Shown one piece after another: positions 1 through 13,073 of a stretch of DNA of 64,000 nt; positions within the stretch are counted from its first letter, which is position 1, and each line of letters opens with the position of its first letter. Under the pieces are notes generated by a model. That model was not told the origin of the DNA, did not search any database, and worked only from the letters and a program-made list of their open reading frames with translations. The stretch covers positions 29,698,001 through 29,762,000 of the forward strand of contig NC_043010.1 in NCBI RefSeq assembly GCF_006345805.1. The letters run 5' to 3'. Origin of the DNA: Octopus sinensis (taxonomy: Eukaryota). A program made the translations under genes and the position numbers.

Positions 1-185
1 AATATAGTTGATTTTTCCTCATCAGCTAATGACCCAAAGTATCATAGTGATTTCGTGCCATTTACCATTGAGACCACTCAGTTTTAGAGACGCCAGAGCT
101 CTTATTAAGCTTCTGAGAAAAAGCTAGCAAATGTATACTAAGACAGAAACAGAGAAGACATTGTATAAATACAACAAAGAATTAT

Positions 186-487
186 GCATTCAATTCCACT
201 GTGTGGCACCTTGGACAAGTGTCTTCTACTATAGCCTCAGGCCAACTAAAGTCTTGTAAGTGGATTTGGTAATGAAAACTTAAAGCAGTCCAGTGTGTGT
301 ATCTTTGTCCCTCACCACTGATTGGTTTGTTTACATCTCTGTAACTTAGCAGTTCAGCAAACAAGACCAACAGAATAAGTACAAGACTTTAAAAAATTAG
401 GTACTGGGATCAATTAATTCTACTAAAATTTCTCCAAGGCAATGCTCCAGCATGACCAGTCTAATGACTGAAACAAGGAAGATAAAA
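186..487 (+). mobile_element. tRNA-derived SINE, family A (CORE-like centre), 5'-truncated
   Basis: GGCACCTTGGACAAGTGTCTTCTACTATAGCC centre and GACTGAAACAAG tail; the same sequence recurs many times in the window (e.g. 29193-29610). Confidence 0.85.
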
Positions 488-519
488 TATATATATATGT
501 CTGTGTATGTCTCACACAC

Positions 520-1072
520 ACAGACAATCTGTTCCTGACAATCCTCTTCCTCACACCATATCTTGCAAGCACCCCCTCCTTCATCCATCTATGCTCTCCA
601 TCTGCTGTACTCCCATCCCATTCCCTCTATGTCTAAATCACCCGTTGCCTCCCACTCTCCTTTTGCAATCCTGTGAACTTACCCACCCATTTACCTTATC
701 CAATCCTTGGTCCCACTTTATATACACCTCACTGTAACTTGAGTGTACCCCTCTCACCACCACCACTGTCACATCTCTCTCTCTCTCCCCAAACTTCCCC
801 TTCCTCTCTCCTGCAGAGGCGGCCATGTATCTCCTTTCCTACCAACTGAAACACCTGGTACAAAACCAACTTCCTCAATACTACTTCCCCACCCTCAGAT
901 GAGAGGTCTTGTCTTGTAGATTATTTGGTGACCTCACTGATGTTGGTGCCACGTAAAAAGCACCCCCATACACTATGTAAAGTGGTTGGTGTTAGGCAGG
1001 GTATCCAACCATACAAAACATGGCAAAACAGACTCCCATGCCAGCATAGAAAACGCACGTTAAATGACCATC
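520..1072 (+). mobile_element. RTE-type non-LTR 3' UTR/tail fragment
   Basis: GGTGCCACGTAAAAAGCACC...CCCATGCCAGCATAGAAAACGCACGTTAAATGACCATCA matches the tail of the RTE at 32593-35853; a related copy lies in reverse at 63017-63470. The 5' boundary is approximate. Confidence 0.65.
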
Positions 1073-2069
1073 ACACACACAGAGGTGGGGCGAAATTAGT
1101 TACCTGAAGACGATTGAAAAATATACGTAATGAAAGGCACTAAGAAAAACAGAAACTAGTATAAATACGAAATTTACAATAAAGTATTGAAACTACTCCG
1201 GCAATAACTAACTTAAATATAGTTATACTCGCGGCAGATTTGAACTCAAGAGTATCGAATTCCTTATTCAATTGGCTGATTAGTTTTCATTATGACCGTA
1301 TTCGCGCGCGTGCATTTGTGTGTGCACGTATATATTGTGTGTATTATACATTCTTGTGTGTGTGTACTACAGAGAGAGCGAGGACAGGTATTCACTATAA
1401 TGGTTGCCAAAAGATTACACAACAGGTCTACTCCAAAGGAAAACTTCTATAACATTTGGCGATAGACAGGGAGTGGTTTGAAAACAACTTAATCACACAA
1501 AGTGGATACAAATATGACCTAATACGTCACCCGATAAACTTTATGGAAGAAAAAAAATTAACGTGATATGGGTGGAGGGATAATTGCGCCCATCACTGAT
1601 CTTATCACGACCGTCACCGCCAGCACGTGCCTCTTAGCAACAATTAAATCGACGTGATTAATAGTTCATGGATCCACAGGAAAAAGGTGAAGAAAAGTTA
1701 GGTTATTTAAGATGCAGAAGAGGCGGTTTAATTCGAGATAGTTGCATAAATAAATGTATAGATACGAGAATCATTATTTTCTCCAAGTAATATAGATATG
1801 TCGTACTTGAATGACTCATAGGAATTCCAAAAAGAAAATAAGGTGAATGGTCATTCATATAAATGACGATTTCTTAATTGACACAATAAACTATTGTAAG
1901 AAAACCAATATGTAAATTAGTTCACATTGACACACGCATACACACTTGCGACACAGTGACAAACACTTGAATCTTCTCTGTACATCCACTATTTCTTTTC
2001 GAGGGGGAGGGTTGCGCGTGTGTATGTGTGTGCATTATATACGGCAACGATAAACAACTGAAAATGAGG

Positions 2070-2262
2070 CGAGCCAACGGGGGAACCTCTACGTGGTCGC
2101 TCGACGTTCTAGAAATAACAACCAAATCTCTCCCAAATTATACCACGTTACAACCTAAAAAAAGGGTAGGATAACAATATGAAAGAAGGGATGGTCATGG
2201 CTGAGATATCACTGATCATAGGTCTACTGGATTATTGCTGACCTGAGTTAAATAATAACAAC
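2070..2262 (+). mobile_element. SINE/LINE tail fragment
   Basis: GTGGTCGCTCGACGTTCTAGAAATAACAACCAAAT resembles ATGGTCACTCAACATGTTAGAAATAGCAGCCAAAT at about 44330. Confidence 0.4.
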
Positions 2263-2955
2263 TGAGAATAAGAAACAGCGAATGAAAGAGATAGAGCGAC
2301 TGAATGAAAGAGATAACAATGTGTTCGCACGAGTGTATGTAGAAATGTATGTGTGTGTACTTTAATTTATGCATGAAATTTTTTATAAATTTTTATGAGA
2401 ATAACAAAATAGGCAAATATTGTGTTGCTGTTGTAAGTATTGTTGTGTGCATTCACAAGTTCACATTTATTATTACACTTATCAAAAGGTAAGTGATAAG
2501 TAACAGACATCACCGGTGAAATACGGGGTGGAGGTACACAATAGTAACCAGACCATTCAACCCTGCTACCCTGAACTTCCCATTCTCTTTAGGTCAGGCA
2601 ACGCGGGGTCATGGCTCTTAAAGAAAAACGAACTGAAGCGACTGTCAAAACGATATGTTTACTAAAAGGTGCAGACAATTATTACGGATAAATAATTATT
2701 GTTAAACGATAAGAATAGAAAAGTAATTATAAACACAACTGATTCTAGGTAAGTAGGGACATTAAAGTAAAAAGTAAACCACACATATACATAAACACAC
2801 GCACATACATATATATTATATAAATACACTCACACACAAACCACGATCTCTAATCCTTTCTTATCGCATTATCACTATCTTTCATTCTTTCTTTCATCCA
2901 GTTGCTTTCTTCACTTCTTACAGAGATGAGCCAAGAAATCAGAACATCCACTTAC

Positions 2956-3790
2956 ACATTTCCAGTCGGGTCCGAACTGCTGGTGGCTCAGAATAAGTCT
3001 TCGGTGGGTCTGGCCTGTGACAAAGGAGAGTTAGTGTTCACCTTCCAGGCTGGCCCCATCTTTTCACGGGACAGTCGCTCTGAATTACACAACTGTCCTT
3101 CGTTCTTTCTCGTATTTTTTTAATCAACCCCTTTTTGTAAATGTTATTGTTGTCTTACAATGTCTTCCTTCTTTTGTCTTCCTCTTTTTAGTTCCCTTGG
3201 CGCTTGTTCACATTTTGTTTCCTTTTTTTTTTACTTTTCATGTGTCTTTATGAGATCTGTCTTTCTTTTTCTACTTTCTTTCCTTCCCTGCCGCACGCAC
3301 TCCTTCCCTCTCTCTTTCATAATTATATTTTTCTTGTTCCTTTTCTCTCCCACTCCTCTGTATCTCACTATGTTTTGTCTTTCAGTTTCTCACTCTCACA
3401 TTCTGTATCTCTATCTCTCTTTCTCTCACATGGTATGTTTTTATATATGTGTATGTATTCTTTTCGCTCTTTCCGCCACTCTTATACACACTGAAACACA
3501 TACAGACACATACGTGCACACATACACACACATCAGCGGTCACACGCCAAACGTAAACAAAACGAAGGGACGTAACTCTGAATGGATTGTTAGGTGCTTT
3601 TTTTTCTCCTTTCTCAATTCTTTTATTGTGATGAGGAAGGAGAAGTCTGTAGTGAAAAGAGGGAGGAGAAAAAGAAGTTGTAAAGAAGGAGGAGGAAAAG
3701 GAGGCCGTAGTACAAAGAGGGAGGAAGAGGAGAGAGACTTTATTTAAAACTGGAACGAAACCGACGCCATATTGGATGGAATTAATTCGA
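2956..3790 (-). other. Candidate first exon (long 5' UTR ending ATG-T|GTAAGT) of a minus-strand gene running off the left edge
   Basis: Consensus donor GTAAGT at 2955-2950 directly after ATG T (ATG at 2959-2957); CpG-retaining context; minus strand is T-rich downstream as in a first intron; YY1-like motif at the 5' end. Confidence 0.4.
3763..3775 (-). promoter_or_regulatory. YY1-like motif (CCAATATGGCGTC) at a candidate TSS
   Basis: GACGCCATATTGG on + matches the CGCCATNTT consensus; sits where strand composition flips within a CpG-rich domain. Confidence 0.4.
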
Positions 3791-6790
3791 CTTCAATGAA
3801 TAAATAAATAAACCGAATAATACCTTGCTGTTTAGTTTTTTCGTTTTGTTTATTTTACTGTGGCAGAGATTGAATTAAAGGACTGACACATTTAGATATT
3901 GATTTTCATTTATATATATATATATATACACATACATTCATGTATGTATATATATATATGTGTGTGTGTATGTATATATATATATATATATATATGTATA
4001 TGTGTGTGTAAATAAGTATTTATGTTATTGTATCAAAATATTGAATTATTTATATTGTTATATGGAAATAATTTACGCGGGGGATATTATTGCGGTTCAC
4101 CGTTTACAGGTACTTTCAGTGTTGTTTATTCTTCGATCAAGACAAAAACTGTTTTCAAAAAAATTCATTTCCAAAGTATGGCAGCAAAGCAGGGACCAAT
4201 CTGTCATATGAGAACTGGCTGTTGCCGTTTGTTGGTGTATCATCAGTTGAGCAAGGAAACTGAACATACTTGCTGACAGATAATAGGGTTTGTTTGGTTA
4301 GCGTGTGAACATATCTGGCTGTATGCGGCTTATGTGTATGTTATGCGTATGCGTATATAATGCGCGTGTGTATGTGCAGCTGATATTTATGTAAGTGTAC
4401 ATTCGATTAATGTGTAGTTGTACTGGGTGTGTGTGTGTATATATATACAACTAACGCTTATACAGTGCGTGTATGTATGTATATATAAGGCTGATGCGTT
4501 TGTTGGATGTTTATAAAAACGAGTGATGTGTATGTACGTGTGAATTGATGTGTACGTTGTGCATATGAACGTGTGTAAGCAGCTGAGTTGCATACTGTGT
4601 ATAACTGAGGTATGTATGCTTACAGTGTATATGAATATGAGTGTGTTTACTCTACGTTTGATGCGATTTTATATAAGTACAGTTTGTATGTTATGTAGCT
4701 ATGTGTATGGATATACATTGTTTATGCAGTGTATTATTATATATAGCATATGCGTTTAATGCACGTCTGCGCGCTGTGGATGCAGTTTCATTGATTGGGG
4801 CGTGTGTGTGTAGTATGGTGTGGGAGATGTTTGTGTTACGAGCCTGCCACTGAATAAAACTGAATAGAGCTCAAGATGTGTGCGTCGGTGTTGGGAGTTG
4901 GGCGTATGCGCGCGCGTTTATCAGCTTATGTATATAGTCGTGCAATATCATATCTGCGTGTACCTGCACATTTGAGAGAGCTGTGTAAACAATATAGCAT
5001 ATGCACGCTCCGGTGTGTTTGTGTGTGTGTGAGTAGTCGAGGAAACTAATGTTTATATATCTGCATAGTTGATAGAATGTGTGTGAATATGTTTATCTGC
5101 TTTTTGAGTACCGAAAATGTGAATGCAAATGTATTTTGTGTATGTGAGTGACTCTTAAGCAGCTTATACGTCGTGTATGTGAATGCGACAAGCGGTAGTT
5201 TTATGTGTATGGATGCATGGAGCTGTATGAACACGTTTTGTGTTTGTTTTTTGGGGGTTTTTTTTTACATTAAGATCTGCTTCAGAGAACCAATGTAATG
5301 TATGTTTGGATGTTAGCGTGTGTAAAGGTTTAAGAGATTTAAAATGGTATCTATATGTGTGCGCGTGCGTTTTGCAAAATGATGCTTGGAGTAAACAATG
5401 CAGTTAGTATGCGTGCGCATATGCACGCACTCGAATGTGTGTGTATGTGTATCTATGTCTGTGTGACATGAGTTATATGATGTGCTTCGGGTAAACAATG
5501 TAAATGTGTGTGAACGTGAGATTTGTTATTCGCTTTAAACTATGTCTGTCTGAATGTGAGCGCGCGCGTGTGTGAAAGAGAGATAGCATGAGTTTTGTTT
5601 ACGAGATGATTTGAGGAAAACATTGGCTGTGTGTGTATGCGTGTGTGAACGTGAGTCGTTGCAATTTGATTCAGATAAATAATGTATTTGAGGAGGGGGT
5701 GAGCCTGAGTTCGTTGTTTTGCCCTAAGTTAGCCCTTATTGAACAAAACCTATGATCAAAGACATTGGTCTTTTTTTTTCAATTATAGTGCATCTATTAT
5801 CTTATACATTCGTTTTTTAAGACGCTGATTTGGCTGTTGTTTCTAGCAGGTCAAATGACCACGTAGTGTCTCCCTCCTTGACTCAGGTAAACAATGGTGT
5901 GTGTGTGTGTTTCTGTGTGTATATGGGCGTGCTTATATCTATACTGTATGTAGGTGCTTTGAGTTTTGTGCGCGGTTTTTGATTTAACAGAGAATATGTG
6001 AATGAAAAGCCGTTTAAATATGTGAATACAGACTGATAGAAAAGAAGTGAAAAGTAGTTATTTTTTAGTCTCAATTAAGATGTCATCGAGCAAGTTGTAA
6101 CAGAAGACATTCCGGTTGTGACCATCCCAGCAGTTTCTCTCTAGTATTTTCATTAGTGAGCAAATCTCTTATTCTTAAATGCTGTGAAGATAGTGCAAAC
6201 GATTGGCAAGGGGAACCAGATATTCTTCAACTTGCTGTGTTCAAAAATCAAAGTTGACGGGGGCCAACTGTTTTACACCCACCTGCTGCTTATCTGTCGT
6301 TTTGGGTTTAGGGCGGAGTATTTTTTTAATCGGGAAAGAAAGCAGTGCCTATGACCCATTACAAGGTCTTCAAGACAGGTGAGAGGAAGAGAGGAAATGA
6401 TCCTCAAACCGGAAACCTAGTCAGAATGCTTACAATGGAGTGTACTCCGCTAAAGTGCCGGATGATGGTGTGAAACTGGACAAGTAATGTCTACCACTCA
6501 ATTGAGGAAAGGCAAGATTTGAACTCAGAGCGCACAGATATCCACTCGACGTTCTTACAGTTTCGCCAATCGATTACCTTGGGATGACACTTTTTTATCA
6601 ACCCTCGAAAGATTGACCTCAGAGCACAATGCATTTTATGAGTTAAGGTTGCTGGACCGACACCCAACACTCTTCTGAGGAAAGGCACCCCTTCTTTACA
6701 CGAGTACCGGGTCGAAAGTTAAGTGAAACTCAGCAGTTGAAAGTTAAGTTCTTCATTCCTTGAGTTATTCTTCTATAAGAATGTAATTCT

Positions 6791-7015
6791 CACGGGCCTG
6801 TAGCAGTGGAGACCTCCGGCGTTCTTGGACCCCGGACCACATCCCTGCTCACCTCAAATGGGGCGGAGATGGCTGTCTGCAAGTGGGTGCAAGGTTGTGA
6901 GTCTGAGTGGCTGTTCCACCGCATCTTCCTCCAGGACAACGCCTTTTCCATTTTGTCAGTTGGGACCTTGATGCGATCTGACTTACAGGAAATTGTACAT
7001 CCCACTCCTTAATGT
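6791..7015 (+). mobile_element. 3' fragment of a CRE-like non-LTR retrotransposon (restriction-like endonuclease C-terminus)
   Basis: Translates GPVAVETSGVLGPRTTSLL...ESEWLFHRIFLQDNAFSILSVG, matching the PxAVETxGxxGP...WLxQRxSxAxxRGNAxSIL pattern; local GC-rich island. Confidence 0.7.
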
Positions 7016-7104
7016 AACGTATTTATTGGCTATTATTGATTTCGCCATTTCTTGTTAGGTCTTTTCTTTGTCTTGCACCTTTGTACTATCCTATGCATCT
7101 TCAG

Positions 7105-7259
7105 GATTTTGTGGTCAATAAAAGAAAAATTAAGATGCGTTATAAGAAGAATTCGTTACTCTTTAGAGTGCCTCTTCGGTTCAGTTTTTTTTTTAATTAA
7201 ATTTTTTTTAATTTCTTGGAGTAGGCATGAAATCAAAGATAAGTACTGAAAGAAAATGG
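7105..7259 (+). other. Candidate plus-strand exon ending ATG-G|GTAAGT
   Basis: TCTTCAG acceptor (AG 7103-7104) and consensus donor at 7260; no downstream plus-strand coding exon recognised. Confidence 0.25.
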
Positions 7260-8433
7260 GTAAGTTGTTTGTGAATTTTAATAAAAGTGAACTACATATG
7301 CTTCATACATCATGGAAAAGGAAAAGGTTGTGAAAGTGGGTGGATGTAAAAGGAAATTAAATTTTTGGAACAATTTTTCCATTTTTTTTCGAGAGCCGTA
7401 TTTTCCGTTGTATGAAACAAAAGAAAACTGAAGTAAAAAAAAAAAACTTCTATTATCCTTTCCTACAAGGTGTAGAAGGATTTTTTTTTTTTTTTAAATG
7501 GGTAGGATGTAATTTAAGGGATATTTCGCTGCTATTTCTAACAAGTGTATACGAGGCTCTCACATTGGTATGTTTTTAAAAGTCACTGTGAATATGTGAA
7601 TGAGTGAGGGTGAGGACTACTGAATTATAAGGCATAAACAAAGATTTGCGCAAGGAAACGATAACGCTTGTTAAGGTATTTACAAAGACGTTTGAGAGAA
7701 ATCGAGCAGGAAGTCAGAGAGGGGGAGAAACGGGGAGCAGAAGGCCAGAGGGCAAGAGAAAGAGAGGGAAGGCCGACTGTTAACAGGTGAATCCATAGAT
7801 ACAATGTGAAACTCCAGAGTTACAAATACAATAAGACGAGAGTAATTGATACATGTTCTCCCATTTCTTTTTATTTAGCAGAAACGAAGCATGAGATGAT
7901 TGATAGGTGTAAAGTTATGATGTTGTAAACGTTAACTAATTATTAACATTGTTAGAATGGACTTAACCCCCCCCCCTCTCTCTCGTTTCCTGAACGGCCA
8001 GGCGTCGCAATATACTCTGAGCTGCGACGAAGTGAATCAACTACTTCCAAATGACTAATATATTATCGAACACACACGCACATGTATGCATACATATTTA
8101 TTGGAGAGGTTGCGCGTGCGTTATGAGGCTCAAGCAGGCTACAAAATATATGTGAAATAAATGGTCCGTGTAAAATAACATCAATACAGACCCCGTATTC
8201 CTGGCTAATGAATGCCTCATACATTTGGCCAGAACACGCAACGCATACACACACAGACACTTTTTTAAAGCCTAGCAACAAAATCACCAGTGAACTATCT
8301 CAATATTTCACGTAGTAAACTATTGCAATTAACTATAAGCATATGCAAATATTTACTCTTCGTACATATCTATTGTAAACGTTTGTGTGCGCGTGTGTGT
8401 ACATATATATATATATGTGTGTGTGTATGTACA

Positions 8434-8468
<35 letters not shown>

Positions 8469-8587
8469 GATAGATAGATACATACATACATACATATATA
8501 CAGGAAAAGAGTACATGTTTATCAAACTTTTTCGGGGAAACCGTTGACAGTGACTTTGAAGTTTCGATTAGCTTACCTTCGTTAGAC

Positions 8588-8629
<42 letters not shown>

Positions 8630-8671
8630 ATATATATATATATAATATATATATAATATAATATAATTATA

Positions 8672-8718
8672 TTGGTCTTGTAAACCAGGGGTCGGGAGTT
8701 CGATCCTCCCTGGGGGCT
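8672..8718 (+). pseudogene. 5'-truncated tRNA-Thr(UGU) copy (anticodon arm, T arm, 3' acceptor strand)
   Basis: TGGT-CT-TGT-AA-ACCA anticodon arm, GGGTC variable loop, GGGAG-TTCGATC-CTCCC T arm, TGGGGGC-T; D arm and 5' acceptor strand absent. Confidence 0.85.
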
Positions 8719-8750
8719 GGTACACAGCATATTTCGCTCCAATACTTTTT

Positions 8751-8800
8751 CCGTCCAACCCATGCTAGCAAGGAAAACGAATATTAAACGATGATGATGA
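8751..8800 (+). mobile_element. RTE 3' tail
   Basis: CCGTCCAACCCATGCTAGCAAGGAAAACGAATATTAAACGATGATGATGA, homologous to the tail at 35793-35853. Confidence 0.85.
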
Positions 8801-8869
8801 AGAGGAGGATATATATATATATATGACATATGTACACACAGATATACATATACATGCACATACACACAC

Positions 8870-9005
8870 AGGAGGCCAGTTAGTAAAGTCATTAGAACAT
8901 TGGATAGATCGCATTGTTACAATCATTACTGCTGAGCGTACCCTGAGTTCAAATCCTGTTATGGTTAAATTTGCCTTTTATCCTTCCAGAATCAATAAAA
9001 ACTGT
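8870..9005 (+). mobile_element. SINE family B, diverged
   Basis: CTGAGTTCAAATCC B-box followed by TTTGCCTTTTATCCTT, as at 43565-43778. Confidence 0.55.
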
Positions 9006-9160
9006 TGTGATTATAAAATTTAAATTATGTAATTCTTGATTGTAATATATTATTGATTATATATTATACATTATTGATTCTTATGGAATTATTATTGAAT
9101 TTTGTTTTCTTATTATTATTCTGTCTTCATATAAATTATTATTAACTAACAGTGTCTTTA

Positions 9161-9745
9161 TTATAATAATAATAATAATAATTGTGTACAGTGCTCAGGT
9201 GCACTACAACTCATCTAAAGTGTATATATAATCAGGTGTAGTTTCGGCGGATTTCGGAAAGCATGAGGGCCTTAAAGGATGCAGTGTCGTGGCAGTCAAC
9301 AACTGCCGCAGGCAGTTTATTCCATGCTTCAGCAACTCTGAGCGTGAAAAAATGTTTCCGAAAGTCATGGGAGCTGTGTTGTTTTCTGACTTTGTAGGCA
9401 TGTCCACGTGTGTTAGACACATGGAGATCAAAAAGGTGTTCAGTGTTGTTGGTGAGGTGGTTGATAACTTTGTGGGTGTTTACCAAGTCCGTCGCCAGAC
9501 GCCGGAGCTTCAGTGAATCCATGCCCAGGGAAACAAGGCGCTCAGAATATGGTAGGTGTCTGATGGAGGGTATGCGTTTGGTTGCACGTCTCCGGACAGA
9601 TTCCAGGAGGTCAATGTTCTGAGCAAGATAGGGGTTCCAAACTGATGATGCGAATTCCAAGTGTGGTCATACCATAGCTGTATACAGTTTTAAATAGATG
9701 GCTGGAGAGCGGCTAACAAAAGTCTTGCTGAGTGATGCCAAGACA
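9161..9745 (-). mobile_element. CR1-clade LINE 3' end (ORF2 C-terminus)
   Basis: ORF 9232-9660 EFASSVWNPYL...LESVRRRATK...RRLATDL...TRGH...RKHFFTLRVAEAWNKLP is the typical CR1 C-terminus; (ATT)n tail. Confidence 0.9.
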
Positions 9746-10116
9746 CCCTCGGCCTTGAACAATATTGTGTAATTCTGAAATGGCTTCAATTTTTTACAGC
9801 TATGAATTCTCTGGGGACCACATTGGGAATCACTACTTTAAACAATACTGGATGAAATGAATATTGAAATTATTTACAAATTTTGTTAGTACATGAAACA
9901 TGCTATAATTTACAAGTTCCAGTAGAATATGTGACAAAGATTATATTCCTAGCTGAACTTATCCCCTTCAAGTTTTTGTACCAGAAACTTCCATCCCTAG
10001 TCAATATTAACTCCAGATAACTTATGCAGGACATTTTCATATTAAAAAGAAAAAATTAAAAGGCTTTGATCTTTTTCTTTTAAACAAAAGAATTTTGATA
10101 AAAAAAAATATATAAA

Positions 10117-10300
10117 GGTATAGCTTTGTGGTTGGAAAATTTGCTTCACACCCATGGGTTTCTGGGTTCAATTCTGCTGTGTGGTACATTGGGTAAGTGT
10201 CTTTTACTGTAGTCTAAGGTTGATCAATGTCTTGTAAGTAAAATTGGTAGAATGATTCTATGAGGAAACCCACAAGATGTGTTTGTGTGTGTGTGTTCAT
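10117..10300 (+). mobile_element. SINE family A head, old
   Basis: GGGTTCAATTC B-box and ACATTGGGTAAGTGTCTT centre. Confidence 0.6.
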
Positions 10301-11179
10301 TTACATATTTACTGCTCTAGTATACTAGGCTATCAAAGGTTACTTTCAATGAACAGACATCATTAAAATGGGACCCTGCTCTGTGTTTGAAATTATCTCT
10401 AATATTGATAGGATCAATGAAAGACACCTGAAGACAGTGCCTGAGCATGGTCATAGCACACTGACTGGAATTAATAAAAGAAGAAACAATTCTAGGTTTC
10501 AAAACATTTTTTAATGATAAACATTCAAATGTAAAGACAATGTTAAATGATTTTTCTGTGTAAATGTATGCATACATGCACAAATGGAATTTCCTTCTAA
10601 GTAGAAGTTCACCCGAAACAAAAGTCATGGAAATTATTAGGATGAATATTCTTTGGGTGGGAGATCAGAATAAATAAAAGAATGCAAATGATTGTGTCAT
10701 GTAAAGTGGGATGGGTAGGTTGGTGAGGTACACAGCTGCCTTCAGAGACAACGGTAAAAAATCTTTGGTTTCATAATGGTTGAATCATTCGCCCAAAACA
10801 ATGAGATTTTTGTTTCTTTTTTAAGACATGTAATAGTAGACATGTAGTGAGGGAATATTTATATTGATAGGAATCATTAATTAACAAGAAAATAATTATA
10901 CATACATATATATATATGCTTTTCTAGGACTCTCCTTTTCCTTCTCTCCAGTCATTTTCCTCTTTGCTTTCTGACACAGAACAATGCTTGAAATGTCACA
11001 CCCCCATCTTTTTTCCATCTTACTTTCTCTGAGCATCAATCTCATATATTCGCTGTGTACATCCTTTTGAATTTTGTTGTTTTTTACTTGCCTACATATA
11101 TACATATCATCCTAACTCACACCCCACCCTTGCTTTCCCCACTCTCACCTCTCCCACCACACCACCATGCACACACTAG

Positions 11180-11475
11180 CACTGACTACTTCCCAGCACC
11201 CACACACACATACATGCTCTCATATACACACGCACATGGACCTTCGTTTTGGGATCACCACTACTTTATTATCTCCCCTTCTTCCTAGCTCTCCTATGTG
11301 ACCCCTCTGTCCGGCATTTGCCATGATAGATCGCTAGCCACTACACATTATTTTCTCTCCCTGTTTCTTTCTGTTGAAGAATGTAGGCTCAAAATGTTAA
11401 AGACTTTTTCACTTCCCAAGCGTTAAACTAATACATCTGTTGTCTACACCACCTGTCTTTGTCTTTTGTTTTTTA
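11180..11475 (+). mobile_element. Penelope-like element terminal repeat with decayed hammerhead-like motif (11367-11402)
   Basis: CTTT-CTGTTGA-AGAAT-GTAG-GCTC-AAAATGTT-AAAG; same architecture as the motifs at 14901 and 37918. Confidence 0.5.
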
Positions 11476-11796
11476 TATATACATATACACTCACACATAC
11501 ATATGTATATATTGTGTGTACAGTTAGATGCACAACTGCTACTGTTGAGTTTCAAACTCCATGCAGAATATCATCATCCAATCTGCTTCCAGTAAAGTGG
11601 TGTAGTTACTACTATACTTAGTGTTATTGAACATATATAAAATAATGCAATAAAGTGTTGTTTTGATGATATACTGAGGTGTTCAGCAATCAACTGCACT
11701 TGGAACATCTAGTGCAAAGGTTAAAAATTTGAAAATAAACACAACTGAAATGTATGGAGAAAACAAACTTGCATTTAATCATTTCTCCAGCATATA

Positions 11797-12200
11797 TACA
11801 GGGTGCAATGGGTAAATTGTTGCCATTTCATAGTTTTAATTTCACACATGTGCATTGTTTGTGGTTGATTTTGTTAATTACACAGTATACAAAGGTTAGT
11901 TGAGCACCATCTGTGCAAAAAACAGTACCATGACACAATTTACTCTGCCAGAAATTTGGAAATGATATGCTGTACTGGTTGGCATTCGTGCTGGATGCTC
12001 CAGTAAAAACAGATGGTGAATGCATAGAACCACTGGCTTGCCATGTCCCCAAAATATGTATAGTGATAAAAATCAAACATCCAGCCAACATCATAGTGTT
12101 TGGAGTGATCACTAGCAAGGGCAATGTTATGCTTCCATTCATATTCCCACATGGTCTCAGACTCAACACAGAGGCCTACATCAAATGCCTGGAGGAGGTA
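11797..12200 (+). mobile_element. Tc1-like element, internally deleted 5' part
   Basis: TA|CAGGGTG terminus; KIKHPANIIVFGVITSKGNVMLPFIFPHGLRLNTEAYIKCLEEV transposase segment; broken at 12200. Confidence 0.8.
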
Positions 12201-12206
12201 TATATA

Positions 12207-12810
12207 TCGTTTTTAGAAAAACATAAATCCAGAGAAGCACGCTCTAAGAAGTAGAGTGGTCTATATTTTTCCTGGTGAAGGCCAATTTATGGGGTTATCC
12301 TGTCCATAAAGGGTTTAATTTTATGGCATATCATCAAACCCCAAGACCTGCTGACCTATGACCTCTTTAAAATATGGAAGGGAAAATCTGGATTATCTCC
12401 TTTTGCCATAGCTTCCGACCATAATGCTATCATTCAGCTGTGAAGGTAAATAATAGGGGATTATCTCCCTCTTCTGTTAGCTATCACCTTCTGGCAGTTC
12501 CCAAAAGGCCAGTAGAAATCTCCTAAAGTGCAAACATGGCCCAAAAATCTCCATTCTGGAGTTAAGTATAGCCCCTGGTTCGAATGAGTGCCTTAGGATT
12601 GTCATGCATTCAGCTATGCATAACTTGCAGCGTTTCATCCCGATAATATAGAGGTCTGAGTTTTCAAGGATTTTCCATAAGATGGAGTGTGAAACTCTGT
12701 CGTCTTTTAGTTGCCATATGTGGCTGGCCAGCGATGTTATGTACCTCCTTTCCAGGACTTTGAAGGATCCATGGTTGGAAAAATGAATTTCTGGTCCAAC
12801 CAATATATTT
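12207..12810 (-). mobile_element. Penelope-like retroelement 3' fragment (GIY-YIG endonuclease C-terminus)
   Basis: NHGSFK...TSLASHIWQLKD...ILWKIL...KRCKLCIAE...ILNSRMEIFGPCLHFRRFLL matches the PLE GIY-YIG tail pattern. Confidence 0.8.
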
Positions 12811-13035
12811 CTGTAGACTTGCAGTCGGTGTTGTACCTATTATTGTTGTTCATGCCACTGTGGCTGCTGTTGATGTAGTTGTAACTGCTGCTGCTGTTGT
12901 TGCTATGTCAAAGCAGGAGCTGCTGGTGTTAGTGGTGGTGGTTGCATCAGTAATGTTACTGCCCCTGCATGTTACCAGCAAAGCATTTCTTTATGTTGTT
13001 ACTAATGCTGCCATACATACACACACCTGTGGGTG

Positions 13036-13071
<36 letters not shown>

Positions 13072-13073
<2 letters not shown>

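Noticed and set aside
3160-3747. 195 aa Phe/Ser/Leu-rich ORF
   Set aside because: CT-rich low-complexity sequence, probably the antisense of a purine-rich 5' UTR; no domain.
8003-8029. CGTCGCA/TGCGACG 7 bp hairpin
   Set aside because: Too short to exceed chance; no supporting context.
8672-8718. Functional tRNA-Thr gene
   Set aside because: D arm, A box and 5' acceptor strand are missing.
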